From Squalus acanthias (Eukaryota): a DNA stretch of 64,000 nucleotides. Under the pieces are notes generated by a model. It had not been told where the DNA came from, did no database searches, and worked only from the letters and a program-made list of their open reading frames with translations. Made by a program: the position numbers and the translations under genes. Positions 24,320 to 38,520 of the stretch are shown here, in pieces. Where the stretch lies: assembly GCA_030390025.1 (NCBI GenBank), contig CM059438.1, positions 57,600,001 through 57,664,000 of the forward strand, read 5' to 3'. Each line of letters starts with the position of its first letter. Position 1 is the stretch's first letter.

Positions 24320-24349
24320 AAATCAGCAGGTAATTGTGGCAGTGTTTTC
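24320..24349 (-). CDS. Micro-exon D, 30 nt, phase 2-2 (xKTLPQLPADx)
   Basis: ctttgttttcttag|GAAAACACTGCCACAATTACCTGCTGATTT|gtaagta; removing the MITE restores a family-like flank gtaagtacaacatac. Confidence 0.7.
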
Positions 24350-24555
24350 CTAAGAAAACAAAGAATCATTATCTTGGCATCTATATATATCTGTAATGTT
24401 ATAAAACCTTTACATATTACGCATTTCCTGTCCATTGCACTTCAGACATCTGCAACACTTCAAAAGTCACACACTGCCTAATTCAATTTCAGTGTTATAT
24501 TTGCAAAAAGTATAAAGTAACAAAGGCAATAATTTAGAATGTACAGACAAACTCC

Positions 24556-24702
24556 AGAGATCGATAGATTTTTGGATACAAAGGGAATCAAGGGATATGG
24601 GGATAGTGCGGGAAGGTGGAGTTGATCTAGGTCACGCATGATCTTATTGAATGGCAGAGCAGGCTCGAAGGGCTGAATGGCCTGCTCCTATTTCTTATGT
24701 TC
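24556..24702 (+). mobile_element. CR1 3' tail
   Basis: GAGATCGATAGATTTTTGG..AAGGGAATCAAGGGATATGG..CCTGCTCCTATTTCTTATGTTC. Confidence 0.85.
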
Positions 24703-26499
24703 CAGTAGCAGAAAATACCTGAAATGCATCAGCCATGATTTTCCAGTTTGGTGGAATCTTGATGCATCTTAGTTGGGCCAAGAATTCTGCCCTGACCCCA
24801 GCCGATTTTTTGGGGTCATGCTATTGTGTATATTTTAGGTAAGATCCTCAATCTCTGCTGGGGTGCCTGATTGGAGATGGGCGTAGAATGGATTCAGCTG
24901 GCCGCAGATGCCCATACTTCAGTGGACACATTGTATGTCCTTGTAATTTCCAATGAAAAATCCTGGAAGTGACAGAGGACAGTGGGGAGCTGGGACAGTT
25001 GGTCCTGAAGAATTTCCCAATGGCTTTCATTGCAGTTACACCAGAGAGCCAATATAACTCTAATGGAAAATCCTGCCCAATGTCTACAACCTCCTAACTG
25101 ACCTGTATGTGAACTCACCCTGTGTTTACTTGGAATTAGGGTATTTAACCTTAAAGGGACACTCACCTACATTTTACCAGCAGAATAATACATTGCATTT
25201 CACATGGCTTAATGTTCCTCTCCTTATAAAACACCACGTCCATGAGCAGCGCCACAGGAGATTTACTATGATATGGGATCTGAGACATTGAGTAGGGTGA
25301 CTGGCATCTGGCAGTACTAGGATGGGGTAGCAGGATCTACCAATATTTTGACAGAAATCCCAGGATCTGAGAGAAGTTGGAGGGTGTCCCAAAGTCTAGG
25401 CGTACTTAAGACAAGGGTTGTGGGAGCGCTTGGACAGGTACTGGGACCTGGGCTCACTCGGGGAGGCGGCTGGGATCTGGGAGCATTCGGGAGGGATGTC
25501 CTGGGATGTGGGAACATTTGGGTCATCCTGGGATAAGGGAGGAGAGTATAGAGATTTCTGAGGACTGGGAAGGGGCTCCAGGGATCTGACAGTAGGGGGG
25601 GAGAACATTCTGGGCAAGAGTTTCTAGGGGTCCAGGAAAGGTTGGATAGTGGATCTGGGCACAAATGGGTGGGGGGGGGGGGGGGGTGCAGTAATGACAC
25701 TGCTGCGGCTCTTGCAGTATTGGAATAAACAGGGACCAACATGTTTGAGTGAAAGGCGACTCCAGAAGAATGCAATTCAATATGCCCTTGGTGCCTTTTG
25801 GACCATCAGACACACCTCCACAGCTTTTCTATCAGCGTCCTTCCCCAATATGTCCACAGCTTCTTTCAAGCCATTAGGCAGCCTTCATCCCTTTGCTTGT
25901 TGTTAGTAATATTCATCTTCCAGCTAGGAAAAGCAAACTTAGTCCACCAATGGTTCTATCAAGGAAAAAAATTCTCAATGGACAATCTGTGCTTTTCTTT
26001 CTAAATTTCAACAGAAAACTCACTGGCGCTGTTAATCACAGGTGTTTTAACAATCATGAAGTGTGCACTAGATACAAGACTTTTAATATATTATAGAAAT
26101 ATCTATATAACATCAACTGTGCACTTTGTCCATCACACTTTACATTCTACATCTGTAGTTATGCAAACTTCTATATCGCAGTTGCATCTGATTGGTTAAA
26201 ATTTCAAACTGATTCAACAGCAGCAAATGTGGACAGGTAGGTAATATTAAATTAAAAGCAGCTAAAAAGAGCACAAGAACTACCAATGAGGAAATATTAA
26301 GGAGCCATGAAAGCAGAAAATCAGGAATGAGCAGTTTGGTAGATCTGCCTATAAAAGAAAGGAGAAAGTGAACTAACAAAACCATCACATATTATTTGAA
26401 ATTGCTTACTGCCATCATCTTTCTTGCTCAGTAACCAAAATATATTGTGCTGAAAATGAGATATGCAACCTAATAAACACATAAATTACATACTAAATC

Positions 26500-29443
26500 A
26501 TAAGTCTAAAAGGACAAAGGATGTTAATAAAACAAGCCTAAAGGCTCTGTTGTCTTAATGCAAGGAGTATCCGTAATAAGGTGGATGAATTGACTGTGCA
26601 AATAGATGTTAACGGATACGATGTGATTGGGATTACAGAGACGTGGCTCCAGAACAATCAAGGCTGGGAACTGAACATCCAGGGGTATTCAACATTCAGA
26701 AAGGATAGAATAAAAGGAAAAGGGGGTGGGGTAGCATTGCTGGTTAAAGAGGAGATTAATGCAATAGCTAGGAAGGACATCAGCTTGGAGGATGTGGAAT
26801 CAATATGGGTTGAGCTGCAGAAAACACCAAAGGGCAGAAAACGTTAGTGGGAGTTGTGTACAGACCTCCAAACAGCAGTGGTGAGGTGGGGGAGGGTATG
26901 AAACAGGAAATCAGAGGTGCGTGCAAAAAAGGCACGGCAGTTATCATGGGTGACTTTAATATGCATATAGATTGGGCTACTCAAACTGGAAGCAATACGG
27001 TGGAGGAGGATTTCCTGGAGTGTTTAAGGAATGGTTTCCTAAACCAATATGTTGAGGAACCAACTCGAGGGGAGGCCATCCTGGACTGGGTGTTGTGTAA
27101 TGAGGAGGGACTAATCAGCAATCTTGTGGTACGAGGCCCCCTGGGGAAGAGTGACCATAGTATGGTGGAGTTCTACATTAGGATGGAGAAGGAAACAGTT
27201 AAGTCAGAGACCATGGTCCAGAACTTAAATAAGGGCAACTTTGAGGGTATGAGGCGTGAATTGGCGAGGTTAAATTGGCAAGCGATATTTAAGGGGCTAT
27301 CAGTGGAAGGGCAATGGCAGACATTTAGAGATCGCATGGATGAACTACAACAATTGTACATCCCGGTCTGGCGTAAAAATAAAAAAGGGAAGGTGGCTCA
27401 ACCATGGCTAACAAGGGAAATCAGGGATAGTATTAAAACCAAGGAAGTTGCATACAAATTGGCCAGAAGTAGCAGCAAACCCGGGGACTGGGAGAACTTC
27501 AAAACTCAGCAGAGGAGGACGAAGGGTTTGATTAGGGCAGGGAAAATAAAATATGAAAGGAAGCTTGCAGAGAACATTAAAATGGACTGCAAAAGCTTCT
27601 ATAAATATGTAAAAAGAAAGAGGTTAGTAAAAACAAACGTAGGTCCCCTGCAGTCGGAAACAGGGGAAGTCGTAATGGGGAACAAGGAAATGGCAGATCA
27701 ATTGAACAAGTACTTTGGTTCGGTGTTTACTGTGGAGGACACACACAACCTGCCAGAAATAAAAGGGGTCAGAGGATCTGGTAAGAGGGAGGAGCTGAGG
27801 GAAATCCTTATTAGTCGGGAAAAGGTATTGGGGAAATTGATGGGACTGAAGGCTGAAAAATCCCCGGGGCCTGATGGTCTGCATCCCAGAGTACTTAAGG
27901 AGGTGGCCTTGGAAATAGTGGATGCATTGACGATCATTTTCCAACATTCCTTAGACTCTGGATCAGTTCCGATGGAGTGGAGGGTGGCCAATGTAACCCC
28001 TCTTTTTAAAAAAGGAGGGAGGGAGAAAGCAGGGAATATAGACCGGTCAGCCTGACATCGGTCGTGGGTAAAATGATGGAAGCAATTATTAAAGATGTCA
28101 TAACAGACCATTTGGAAAGTGGCGACATGATAGGTCCAAGTCAGCATGGATTTGTGAAAGGGAAATCATGCTTGACAAATCTTCTGGAATTTTTTGAGGA
28201 TGTTTCCAATAGGGTGGACAGGGGGGAACCAGTAGATGTGGTGTATTTGGACTTTCAGAAGGCCTTCGACAAGGTCCCACACAAGAGATTGGTGAGCAAA
28301 GTTAAAGCACATGGGATTGGGGGTAATGTGTTGACGTGGATTGAGAACTGGTTGGCACACAGGAAACAAAGAGTAGGAGTAAATGGGTACTTTTCAGAAT
28401 GGCAGGCAGTGACCAGCGGGGTACCGCAGGGTTCGGTGCTGGGACCCCAGCTGTTTACATTATATATTAATGATTTGGACGAAGGGATTAAATGTAATAT
28501 CTCCAAATTTGCGGATGACACTAAATTGGGAGGCAGTGTGAACAATGAGGAGGATGCTAGGAGGCTACAGAGTGACTTGGACAGGTTGGGTGAATGGGCA
28601 AATGTATGGCAGATGAAGTACAATGTGGATAAATGTGAGGTTATCCACTTTGGTGGTAAAAATAGAGAGGCGGACTATTACCTGAATGGTGGCAGATTAG
28701 GGAAAGGGGACGTGCAACGAGACCTGGGCGTCATGGTACATCAGTCACTGAAGGTGGGAATGCAAGTGCAGCAGGCAGTCAAGAAAGCAAACGGAATGAT
28801 GGCCTTCATAGCAAGGGGATTTGAGTACAGGAGTAGGGAGGTGATGCTACAGTTGTACAGGGCCTTGGTGAGGCCACACCTGGAGTATTGTGCGCAGTTT
28901 TGGTCTCCTAACTTAAGGAAGGACATTCTTGCTATTGAGGGAGTGCAGCGAAGGTTCACTAGATTGATTCCTGGGATGGCCGGACTGACATATCAAGAAA
29001 GATTGGGTCAACTGAACTTGTATCCTCTGGAGTTCAGAAGAATGAGGGGGGATCTTATAGAGACATTTAAAATCCTGACTGGTTTAGACAAATTAGATGC
29101 GGGCAGAATGTTCCCAATGGTAGGGAAAACTAGAACCAGGGGTCACAGTCTAAGGATTAAGGGGAAGCCATTTAGGACTGAGCTGAGGAGGAACTTCTTC
29201 ACCCAGAGAGTGGTGAATCTATGGAATTCTCTTCCACAGAAGGTTGTTGAGGCCAGTTCGCTAAATATATTCAAAAGGGAGTTAGATATAACACTCACAA
29301 CTAAGGGGATCAAGGGGTATGGCGAGAAAGCAGGAATGGGGTACTGAGGTAGCATGTTCAGCCATGAACGCATTGAATGGCGGTGCAGGCTCGAAGGACC
29401 GAATGGTCTACTCCTGTACCTATTTTCTATGTTTCTATATTTC
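26500..29443 (+). mobile_element. CR1-clade LINE with nearly complete ORF2 (APE endonuclease and RT), broken by frameshifts
   Basis: [41 protein letters not shown] motifs over three long ORFs; TTTCTATG-type tail. Confidence 0.97.
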
Positions 29444-30214
29444 ACAGCATCGTCAACAGAATTGTTTTTTGTATATTTAAAATATCTGCATTAATGTTTC
29501 CCATTGTAGGCCTCTCTGTGTGTAAGAAGCCAGGGACTGTAGTTTAGTTGTCTTTTAGTTTAGTTGTAGTTCAGTGTTTTTCATTTTTGTAGTGTGGCCT
29601 GGCAAGGTTCATTATGACCAGGTGAGCATGTTTGAATAATTTGGGTGAGTAGTGGGTGCTGTGCCCACCATCATGTTCATCACTTTTTTCCCAAGTTTTG
29701 TTATGTCTCTTGAGTCAAGCGGGGTTAGAGAGTGAGAATGAGGGAGACAAAGTGAGCTAGGATGCACCATAAGTAAAAATGCCTGGTGGCACATAGCCTA
29801 ACTACTATGGGGTCCAGGTTCCATCCTCTCAAACAGCCCAATTTACTTACAATTCCTAAACATATGGGCCAAGCTTTTCTGCTTGCCAGCCCCCAGATTT
29901 TGGCTCATTTACTTTAATGGGCTGGAAATCATGGGCTGGTGAGTGCAAAAGCAGAAAGCCCCGGCTATGCAGTCAGTAGGTGACAACTGAAAAAGACTGC
30001 AGCCTTTGCATTAAAAGACCTTTAATGGGCAATTCTTGGTTCGGTGGCTTTGAGTTGGTAGAATTCAAACTGAACCAAGACACTAAGTTGAGATAAATCA
30101 ACTATTCAAATTCTTTCCCTGAAAATAATGGAAAAGTGTCTGAAAAGTACAGTGAGTTACTGCTTGTATATTCATTGTTTTCAAGAGCTGATGCAGAGTG
30201 CAGAATGACAAATA

Positions 30215-31827
30215 TAGAATCATAGAATATACGGCACAGAAGGAGGTCATTCGGCCCATTGTGCCTGTGCTGGCTCTTTGAAAAAGCTATCCAATTAGTT
30301 TCACTCCCTTGCTCTTTCCCCATAACCCTGCAATTTTTTTTCCCTTCAGGTATTTATCCAATTCTGTTTTGAAAGTTATTATTGAATCTGCTTCCACCAC
30401 CCTTTCAGGCAGTGCATTCCAGATCACAACAACTTGATTCTTGAAAATTCTTCTCTTCATCTTGCCTCTGGTTCTTTTGCCGATTATCTTAAATCTTTGG
30501 TTACCGACACTTCTGCCACTGGAAACAGTTTCTCCTATTTACTCGATCAAAACCTCTATTAAAACTCCTCTCAAACTTCTCTGCTCTAAGGAGAACAACC
30601 CCAGTTTCTCTAGTCTCCACTTAAGTCCACCATCCTCCTTGCATCCTCCTCACAAATTACATTCCCACCCATCATCAGCAAACTTGGATATATTACATTA
30701 GGTCCCCTCATCCAAATCATTGATATAGATTGTGAATAGCTGAGGCCCAAGCACTGACCCTTGCGGTACCCCACTAGTTACAGCCTGCCAACCCGAAAAT
30801 GATCCGTTTATTCCTACTCTCTGTTTTCTATCCGTTAACCAATCCTCAGTCCATGCTAGTATATTACCCCCAATCCCATGAGCCCTAATTTTGTTTAATA
30901 ACCTCTTGTGTGGCACCTTATCGAATGCCTTCTGAAAATCCAAATACACCCACTGGTTGCCCTTAATCTATTCTGCTAGTTACAACCTCAAAAAACTCTA
31001 ACAGATTCATCAAACATGATTTCCATTTCATAAATCCGTGTTGACTCTTCCCAATCCTATTATTATTTTCTAAGTGCCCTGTTACCATGTCCTTAATAGA
31101 TTCTAGCATTTTCTCTACTACTGATGTCAGGCTAACTGGTCTGTAGTTCCCCGTTTTCTCACTTCCTCCTTTCTTAAATAGTGGGGTTACATTTGCTACC
31201 TTCCAATCTGCGGGAACCGTTCTAGAATCTATGGAATTTTGGAAGAGGACAACCAATGCATCCACTATCTCTATAGCCACCTTTTTCAAAACCCTAGGAT
31301 GTAGGCCATCAGGTCTAGGGGATTTATCAGCTTTTAGTCCCATTAATTTCTCCAGTACTACTTTTTTACTGATATAAATTTCTTTCAGTTCCTCATTCTC
31401 GCTAGACCCTTGGTTCTCCACTATTTCCGGGAAGTTTTTTGTCCCTATGCCAATTTGCGCATGGCTCAGGTAACAATCCAGAGATTATTACCTTTGAGGT
31501 TCTGCTCAACTGGATCCTTCCCCTCCCACTCCAAGTTCTTCTCCAGCTGTGAGGAGATGTCTTTAACCCTGGCACTGGGCAAGCAACACAACCTTCGGAA
31601 CTCTTTTACAGTGTAGTTTCTTGATGACTTACTTGATCTAGTTTAAGTTAAGGGTACTGAAATTATATATCTACCTGTAACACAAAGCACTACAAGTAGT
31701 GTAGGCAAAAAGTAGCAACTCCTTCCCCCTCTCCTCTGAATTCCCACTCTTTCCAAATTCCCACTCTTTCCAAATTCCCAAATAAAACACTCTGTTCAAG
31801 TCTACTCCTTTTAATTCCGCTCTGTGC
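30215..31827 (-). mobile_element. Internally deleted CR1 pieces (3' end, RT, ORF1 fragment, 5' UTR)
   Basis: [22 protein letters not shown]; 31620-31827 is the reverse complement of the 5' UTR at 52300-52500. Confidence 0.88.
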
Positions 31828-33072
31828 AGACCTCATTACAGCCTTGGTCCAAACATGGACAAAAGAGCTGAATTCCAGAGGTGAGGTGAGAGTGACTGCA
31901 TTTGACATCAAGGCAGCATTTGACCGAGTGTGGCATCAAGGAGCCCTGGTAAAAATGAAGTCAATGCGAACCGGGGGGAAAACTCTCCACTGGTTGGAGT
32001 CATACCTAGCACAAAGGAAGATGGTTATGGTGGTTGGAGGTCAATCATCACAGCCCCAGGTCATCGCTGCAGGAGTTCCTCAGGGCAGTGTCCTTGGCCC
32101 AACCATCTTCAGATGCTTCATCAATGACCTCCATCATAAGGTCAGAAGTGGGAATGTTCACTGATGACTGCAGTGTTCAGTGCCATTCGCAACTCCTCAG
32201 ATAATAAAGCAGTCCATGCCCGCATGCAGCAAGATCTGGATGACGTTCAGGTTTGGGCTGATAAGTGGCAGGTAACATTCGCACCACAGAAGTGCCAGGC
32301 AATGACTATCTCCAACAAGCGAGCGTCTAACCACAGCTCCTTGGCATTCAACGGCATTACCATTGCCGAATCCCCCATCATCAATATTCTGGGTGTCACC
32401 ATTGACCAGAAACTTAACTGGACCAGCCACATAAGTTGAGGCCAAGATCAGATCAGCCGAATGGCCTACTCCTGCTCCTATTTTTTATGTTCTTATAAAT
32501 ACTGCGGCTACAAGAGCAGATCAGAGGCTGGGTATTCTGCGGTGAGTGTCTCACCTCCTGACTCCCCAAAGCCTTTCCACCATCTACAAGGCACAAGTCA
32601 GGAGTGTGATGGAATACTCTCCACTTGCCTGGATGAGTGCAGCTCCAACAACACTCAAGAAGATCGACACCATCCAAGACAAAGCAGCCCGCTTGATTGG
32701 CACCCCATCCACCACCTTAAGCATTCACTCCCTCCACCACCGGCGTACCGTGGCTGGATTGTGCACCATCTACAAGATGCACTGCAGCAACTTGACAAGG
32801 CTTCTTCAGCAGGCGCATGGGAACACCACCACTTCCAAGTTCCCCTCCAAGTCACACACTATCCTGACTTGGAAGTATATCACCGTTCCTTCATCGTCAC
32901 CAGGTCAAATACCTGGAACTCCTTCCCCAACAGCACTTTGGGAGTACCTTCCCCACACGGACTGCAGTGGTTCAAGAAGGCGGCTCACCACCAACTTCTC
33001 AAGGGCAACTAGGGATGGGCAATAAATGCTGTCCTGGCCAGCGACGCCCACATCTCAGGAACGAAAAAAAAA
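31828..33072 (+). mobile_element. Non-LTR family B RT/3' fragment with a 60-bp CR1 tail inserted (32435-32494)
   Basis: [24 protein letters not shown]-rich tail; ATAA duplicated around the inner insert. Confidence 0.92.
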
Positions 33073-33990
33073 ATTGCGAATGAAGCTGAATACTGTGCAA
33101 TCATCAGAAAACAGCCCCACTTCAGACCTTATGATGGAGGGAAGGTCATTGATAAAACAGCTGAAGATGGTTGGGCCTAAGTCATTGCCCTGAGAAATTC
33201 CTGTAGCAATGTCCTTGGGCTAAGATGACTGACCTCCAACAACCACAACCATTTTTCTTTGTGCCAGGTATGACTTCAGTCACTGGAGAGTTTTCCCCCT
33301 GATGCCCATTACTTCAGTGTTTCTAATACTCCTTGGTGCCACACTCAGTCAAATGCTGCCTTGATGTCAAGGGCAGTCACTCTCACCTCACTTTTGGAAT
33401 TTAGCTCTTGTGTCCATGTTTGGACAAAGGCTGTAATGTGATTTGGAGCTGTGGTCCTGATGGAACCAAAATTGTGCATCAGTGAGCAGGTTATTGGTGA
33501 GTAAGTGCACTTGAGAGCACTGTTGATGACTCCTTCCATCACCTTGCTGATGTTTGAGGGTAGGCTGATAGCGTGGTAATTGCCTGGGTTGGATTTGTCG
33601 TGCTTTTTGTGGACAGGACATATCTGGGCAATTTTCCACATCATTCGGTAGATATCAGTGTTATAGTTGGATGGGAATAGCATGGCTAGAGGTGCAGCTA
33701 GTTTTGGAGCACAGGTCTTGAGCACTATAGCCTGTTGTCAGGGCCCATAGCCTTTGCTGTGTCCAGTGCAATCAGCTGTTTATTGATATCACATGGAGTA
33801 AATCAAATTGACTGAAGACTGTCATCTTTGATGGTAGGGACGTCAGGAGGAGGCCGAGAAGAATCACCCACTCGGCACTTCTGGCTGAAGATGATTGCCA
33901 ATACTTCAGCTTTGTCTTTTGCACGCATGTGCTGGGCTCCACCATCATGGAGGATGGGGCTGTTCATGGAGCTTCCTCCTTCCATAAGTC
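33073..33990 (-). mobile_element. Non-LTR family B RT fragment
   Basis: LKTCAPKLAAPLA..PVHKK..ALDIKAAFD. Confidence 0.9.
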
Positions 33991-34849
33991 ACACTTAACC
34001 ATCTCTGGCTGATACGCAAATGTATTAATTGTAACTGAAATTCAATTTAAATGTTTTCCTCCTAATTGGCTGATGTGCAAATTTATTTTGCCTGACCAGC
34101 TGGCCTTGCTCCATTCCTTCTCCTCTTCTTCCTCCAAGAAATACAGATGGAGGAGTATTTCCAAATGAAATCCCACCTTGGCCTCCTTAGAAAGATGAAG
34201 GGTGCAAAAATAAAATTCCCACAGCAGAAGGAACACTGTAGACATTGAAGCAATAGCCAGTAGTGGAAGAAAAAATGAAAGTCAAAGAGTAAGGATTTTA
34301 CCCAATGTTTTACTGTACCTTTTGTATTCGGGCAGGCATCTCTGGATTCCACTGGGAAAAGGGCTAGAAAATTAAATGGACATTGTACTTTCAGTAGAAA
34401 AGTCAAGCCATCCATAAGCATCTACTTGATGAAGTTACCTATCAAATTCAAGTTCTGATTTGTATGGGGCTGCATAAAAGCAAGGGATTACAATTTTTTA
34501 AACAAAATGAAGATTAGGAATCTTTTTTGGTAAGAAACCCAAATGTATCCTAACAACCGCTCAATCAGAGTGCCAAGTCAAGTATAATTAATCAATGGCA
34601 TAGAGTGCTCCAGTGGTTTGATTGTGAAAGAAGGTGTGCTGTAGGTGTGACTGTGAAATTAATGTACAGTAATTCACTACTATTGTACAAAGTTAGTGTC
34701 ACATTCTTACTATGAAATGAGTACTGTAGCAGTGTAGGTATAAAATGTCTATGTACTTTGATAATGAAATGAATGCTTGATTCTTTTACACAATGATTTA
34801 AATGTGTCATCACCACCCTTATACACCACTCCCACAATTTATTGTTTGA

Positions 34850-35780
34850 ATCTCTTCAGTCCTGTTTCCACCCTGTCCACAGTAGAGACTGTCCTGATCA
34901 AAGTCACTGACAACATCTTTGTGACTGTGATTTTAGCAGGTTACCTTTCCTTGTCCTGCTTGACTTCTCCTTCATACATTTGATCCTCTTCCATGGATCC
35001 TGCCCCAAAGTTCATCCCTAGCCCTCTCCTTTTTCTCATATATCTGTTGCCCCTTGGATCATATCCACAGGCATGGGGTCAGCTACACAGAAATACTGCG
35101 AACACCCTCTGATCCACCACTTTCAACTCCATGACTGTGCTGTCATATCCATAACTGTGCTGCCATATTGCTGTCTGACATCAAGGTGGCCAGAGCTTTC
35201 TACAAATAAATACTGCCAAGAATAGTCATCCTGTTTACCTCCTGACAAAAGTTCCATATCTTTGCCCAACTCCATCTCCACTCTGGGTGCTTGCTCAGGC
35301 TGAACCAGTTAGTGGGCACCACTGGCTTCCTTGAGCTGAGTTTTAAACCTCCTAACCCATCACCAAGTTCACTTACGTCCACCCCTGCAATATCGCCAAC
35401 CTCTACCTTTACTTCACTCTAAATGCCACTAAACCCTTTTCTTCAGACACAATTTTCTCAATTGCCTCCTCACTGCTTTCCCAAGCTACACTTTATATAA
35501 ACTGCAATTCATTCAAAATTATCACCCACATTCCGCCTTGCATTAAATTCTGCTCATCTGTCACTTCAGTTCTCAGTGAATTCCATTAGCTTCCCGTCCC
35601 CATTGGATTCAAGTTCTTCACCTTTGCCTACAGGTCCCTCCATGACTTCACCTCACTCTACCTCTGCAACTTCTCCCAACCCTACATCCGAGCCCAAATC
35701 TTTCAGTCTTCCAGTTTGGCCTCCAGTGCAACCCCACCCTCCACACCACCATTGGTGGCAGAGTCTTCAGCTGTCTGGAT
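34850..35780 (+). mobile_element. Old L2-like LINE remnant
   Basis: STVETVLIKVTDNI resembles the L2 RT HSTETAL.KV.ND motif; pyrimidine-rich decayed body. Confidence 0.6.
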
Positions 35781-36331
35781 TTGAATCCAGGTTCTAGAAG
35801 TACACAGACAGCTGCCTAGCTCCCTCCAACATCCAATCTCTGATGACACTTTTGTTATGCTGATATGAAACGATGTCCAGGTACTATGAATTGTTAAACC
35901 AGGATTAATGTTTTTACATGGAGTTAGCTCTACAGTAGCATCAATACTGGATTCACTCCACCACTACCTGGGAAATTTCAGTGGTTAGTGTCCAATAGCA
36001 CTGAATTATAGACAAATCTGTGTTGTAGCCTCACATGCATTAGTAATTGAGCATAGATTGCTCCAATAACTTTACTGTTCACTTCCCCTTCAATAACCCT
36101 CATACTAAAGTGATGCAGCCACTATTTCCAGGAGCTGAGAGCGTAGTGCAATGAAAGGACAAAGATAGTCCTGTTATCAAGGGTAAGTTCACTGGGGTGA
36201 AAGTGTGAGTTTCTAATCATTTTGTTGTGGTATCCACAAACATACAAGGAGCTTAACACTCTCTAACTGGATGGGAGCTGGTCTCATAAAGTTACCGCAC
36301 TAATAGGACAAATTATTTATATTCCACTTAC

Positions 36332-36361
36332 GCTGCAGCTTTTGATGGCATCGTCCTCAAT
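36332..36361 (-). CDS. Micro-exon E, 30 nt, phase 2-2 (xLRTMPSKAAx)
   Basis: ctttttcatatgtgtcttag|ATTGAGGACGATGCCATCAAAAGCTGCAGC|gtaagt; flank homologous to copy A out to about 35940. Confidence 0.72.
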
Positions 36362-37419
36362 CTAAGACACATATGAAAAAGAAAGTCCTTTATTGTTGTG
36401 ATTTTTCATAGTATATCAATCAATCTGAAATCACCAGCACAAATTACTGAAAGGTTTGAAGTTTCAAATCCTTTTTAAATGGGTGATGGATTATATTATT
36501 CATTGAAAGCCATGAGTAGCAAAACTAACTTTGTGCTGACATCTTATAAATTGTTAATCCATCTCATGAAGAATCTATCTAACAGATTCAAGCCAAAAAA
36601 ATAAATGCATAGTTAGTCCTAAGCCCTACTAAAGACTAGTGGACATGGTTGGGAATTTGTGCCCTTAGTAGGTTCTTGTTAGATTGGGATCTTCAGAATG
36701 TATTAAGATTTTGGAAACTGTGTTGACTTTCCTGAGACCCGTCTAAGGTAGTGTCCAGCATTCATGAAATGTTGGGTTAGTTAATTGACAGAAAGCATTG
36801 TGTATATTTAAACCATTTCATGCACACTAGTTCCAAACTTCAGAAAAAGACTGTCCAACCGATACATCTGGACTTACACAGCTGACACAGCATTATTCAA
36901 TACACCTCATTCTCACCAGCAGCTAGCCACACCAAAAGCAAAGGAGTTCAGTGTGTGGTAGTGTTGGTTGAGAAACAAATATGCCTCATAGTGATGTGAT
37001 TATTGAACTGCTGTCTTCTAAGGAAAATGTTCAGTGGCAGAGAGTGAATTTCTAATTGTAGTCATGAACGCAGAGCCCTATATTTTACTTTTCAGCAGAA
37101 ATTAGACTAGAAATTAGTGCCAGCAATGTTATCATATAAACAGTTCATCGGCTCTGATAAAATAATGGAATGATACAAACATATTAAATGTTCATTATAA
37201 CCTTGACAAAGGTTATAATGTAAATAAAGCATGTTTTCAGTCAAATTGAAATGTTGGCCTGTGTGAGTTTCCTTTTTCTATTTCTATGCCCCATTCATTC
37301 TTTAACAATTCTGCAGAAACTGACCAATCCAGATATATTTGTTTATAACGATCCTCATTTTCACACTTCCGAAATAGCTAATCAGCTGCTTAAATATTAG
37401 GATGCACACATTGGACATT

Positions 37420-38520
37420 CTTTTAGAAAAGCAGGATGAACCATTTCAATGTCAGAGTTCCGCCAACTAATAAAATCAGGAGGCAGGCTTCTTGGAGAGA
37501 AACCTGTGGCAGATTAAAACTGAATCAAATACTCAAAGGACCTGGGAGGGTATATGGAAGAAGTACCGTGACAAACAGTATCACCAAAGTAAGTGAGCAG
37601 TATTACTGGAAGTATTCTCTGCATTAATATGGACTGCAAGGACATTTGCACATTAGTAATTAAAAGTTAGTCATGGCATGTAGACAGACAGTAAAAACCC
37701 TGTGTGGGATATAGTTAAGAATAATTTTAACAAAGAAAGTGAAAAAAGCCTGGTAATAGTATTGAATTTTCTATGCCAAGAAGGCACAGAAAAGCTATTG
37801 AATCTAGGAAATAACAAGGATGGATTTAGTGGTGGTAATACAACATAATTTTATCTTTACGGACTGAAATGTCTTAATTAGAGCTCGGGGAAGTGGTGGC
37901 ACACATAGGTAACCCATATTGTAGACGAAGAAAAGTTGGTTGGCTCCACAGAAATGGAGTCTGTGGAAGGCACACAACCTAAAAGGAGAAAGAATCATAG
38001 ACTATCAAGTGTCTATCACATCCATCCCTGCTATCATTTGCAATGTTATGAAAATGTCACAGAAAGATTTTAGTTATCACTTTTACTGCCTAGCAATGTA
38101 AACATTCATCTCACTGCAGTGAAATAAAAGAAATGATTCACTGTGCTATTATTCTTTTATCCCAGGTGACAAGAAACGCAGTGGTATGCATCCTGCAACT
38201 GCAAAACCTCATTCCTCAGAGCACCTGGCAGCATTACTCACACTGACACCAAGCACCATCCCAGGTACAGATACTTCGGGATAGAGATGTGATGAAGAGG
38301 ATGGGTGAGCACTAAGTAAATCACTGGACATTGGTGATGAAGCACCAGAAAGAGTTGGTCAGCAGACAGAAAGGGGTATGGACACTTTCTCTGCTGATCT
38401 GCAATTTGCTCAGGAAGATTTGCCAGGGTTTAGAGGAGCAAACAATTTCAATCATTCAGTAAAGCAATAATCCTCAGCTCTCTCCATTTGGAGCTGCTGA
38501 AGAAAAGAGACTCTGCTGAA
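37420..38520 (+). pseudogene. Possible very old Harbinger Myb/SANT gene remnant
   Basis: WRETCGRL..RTWEGIWKKYRD..|gtaagt resembles SANT exon 1; weak downstream similarity. Confidence 0.35.

Noticed and set aside
25119..25166. 48-nt AG/GT-bounded minus-strand segment (VSVPLRLNTLIPSKHR)
   Set aside because: Open only in phase 0, weak polypyrimidine tract, no family flanks; incompatible with the phase-2 array.
37861..37978. Strong minus-strand acceptor at 37979
   Set aside because: No frame-preserving donor found; region better explained as a decayed Harbinger on the + strand.
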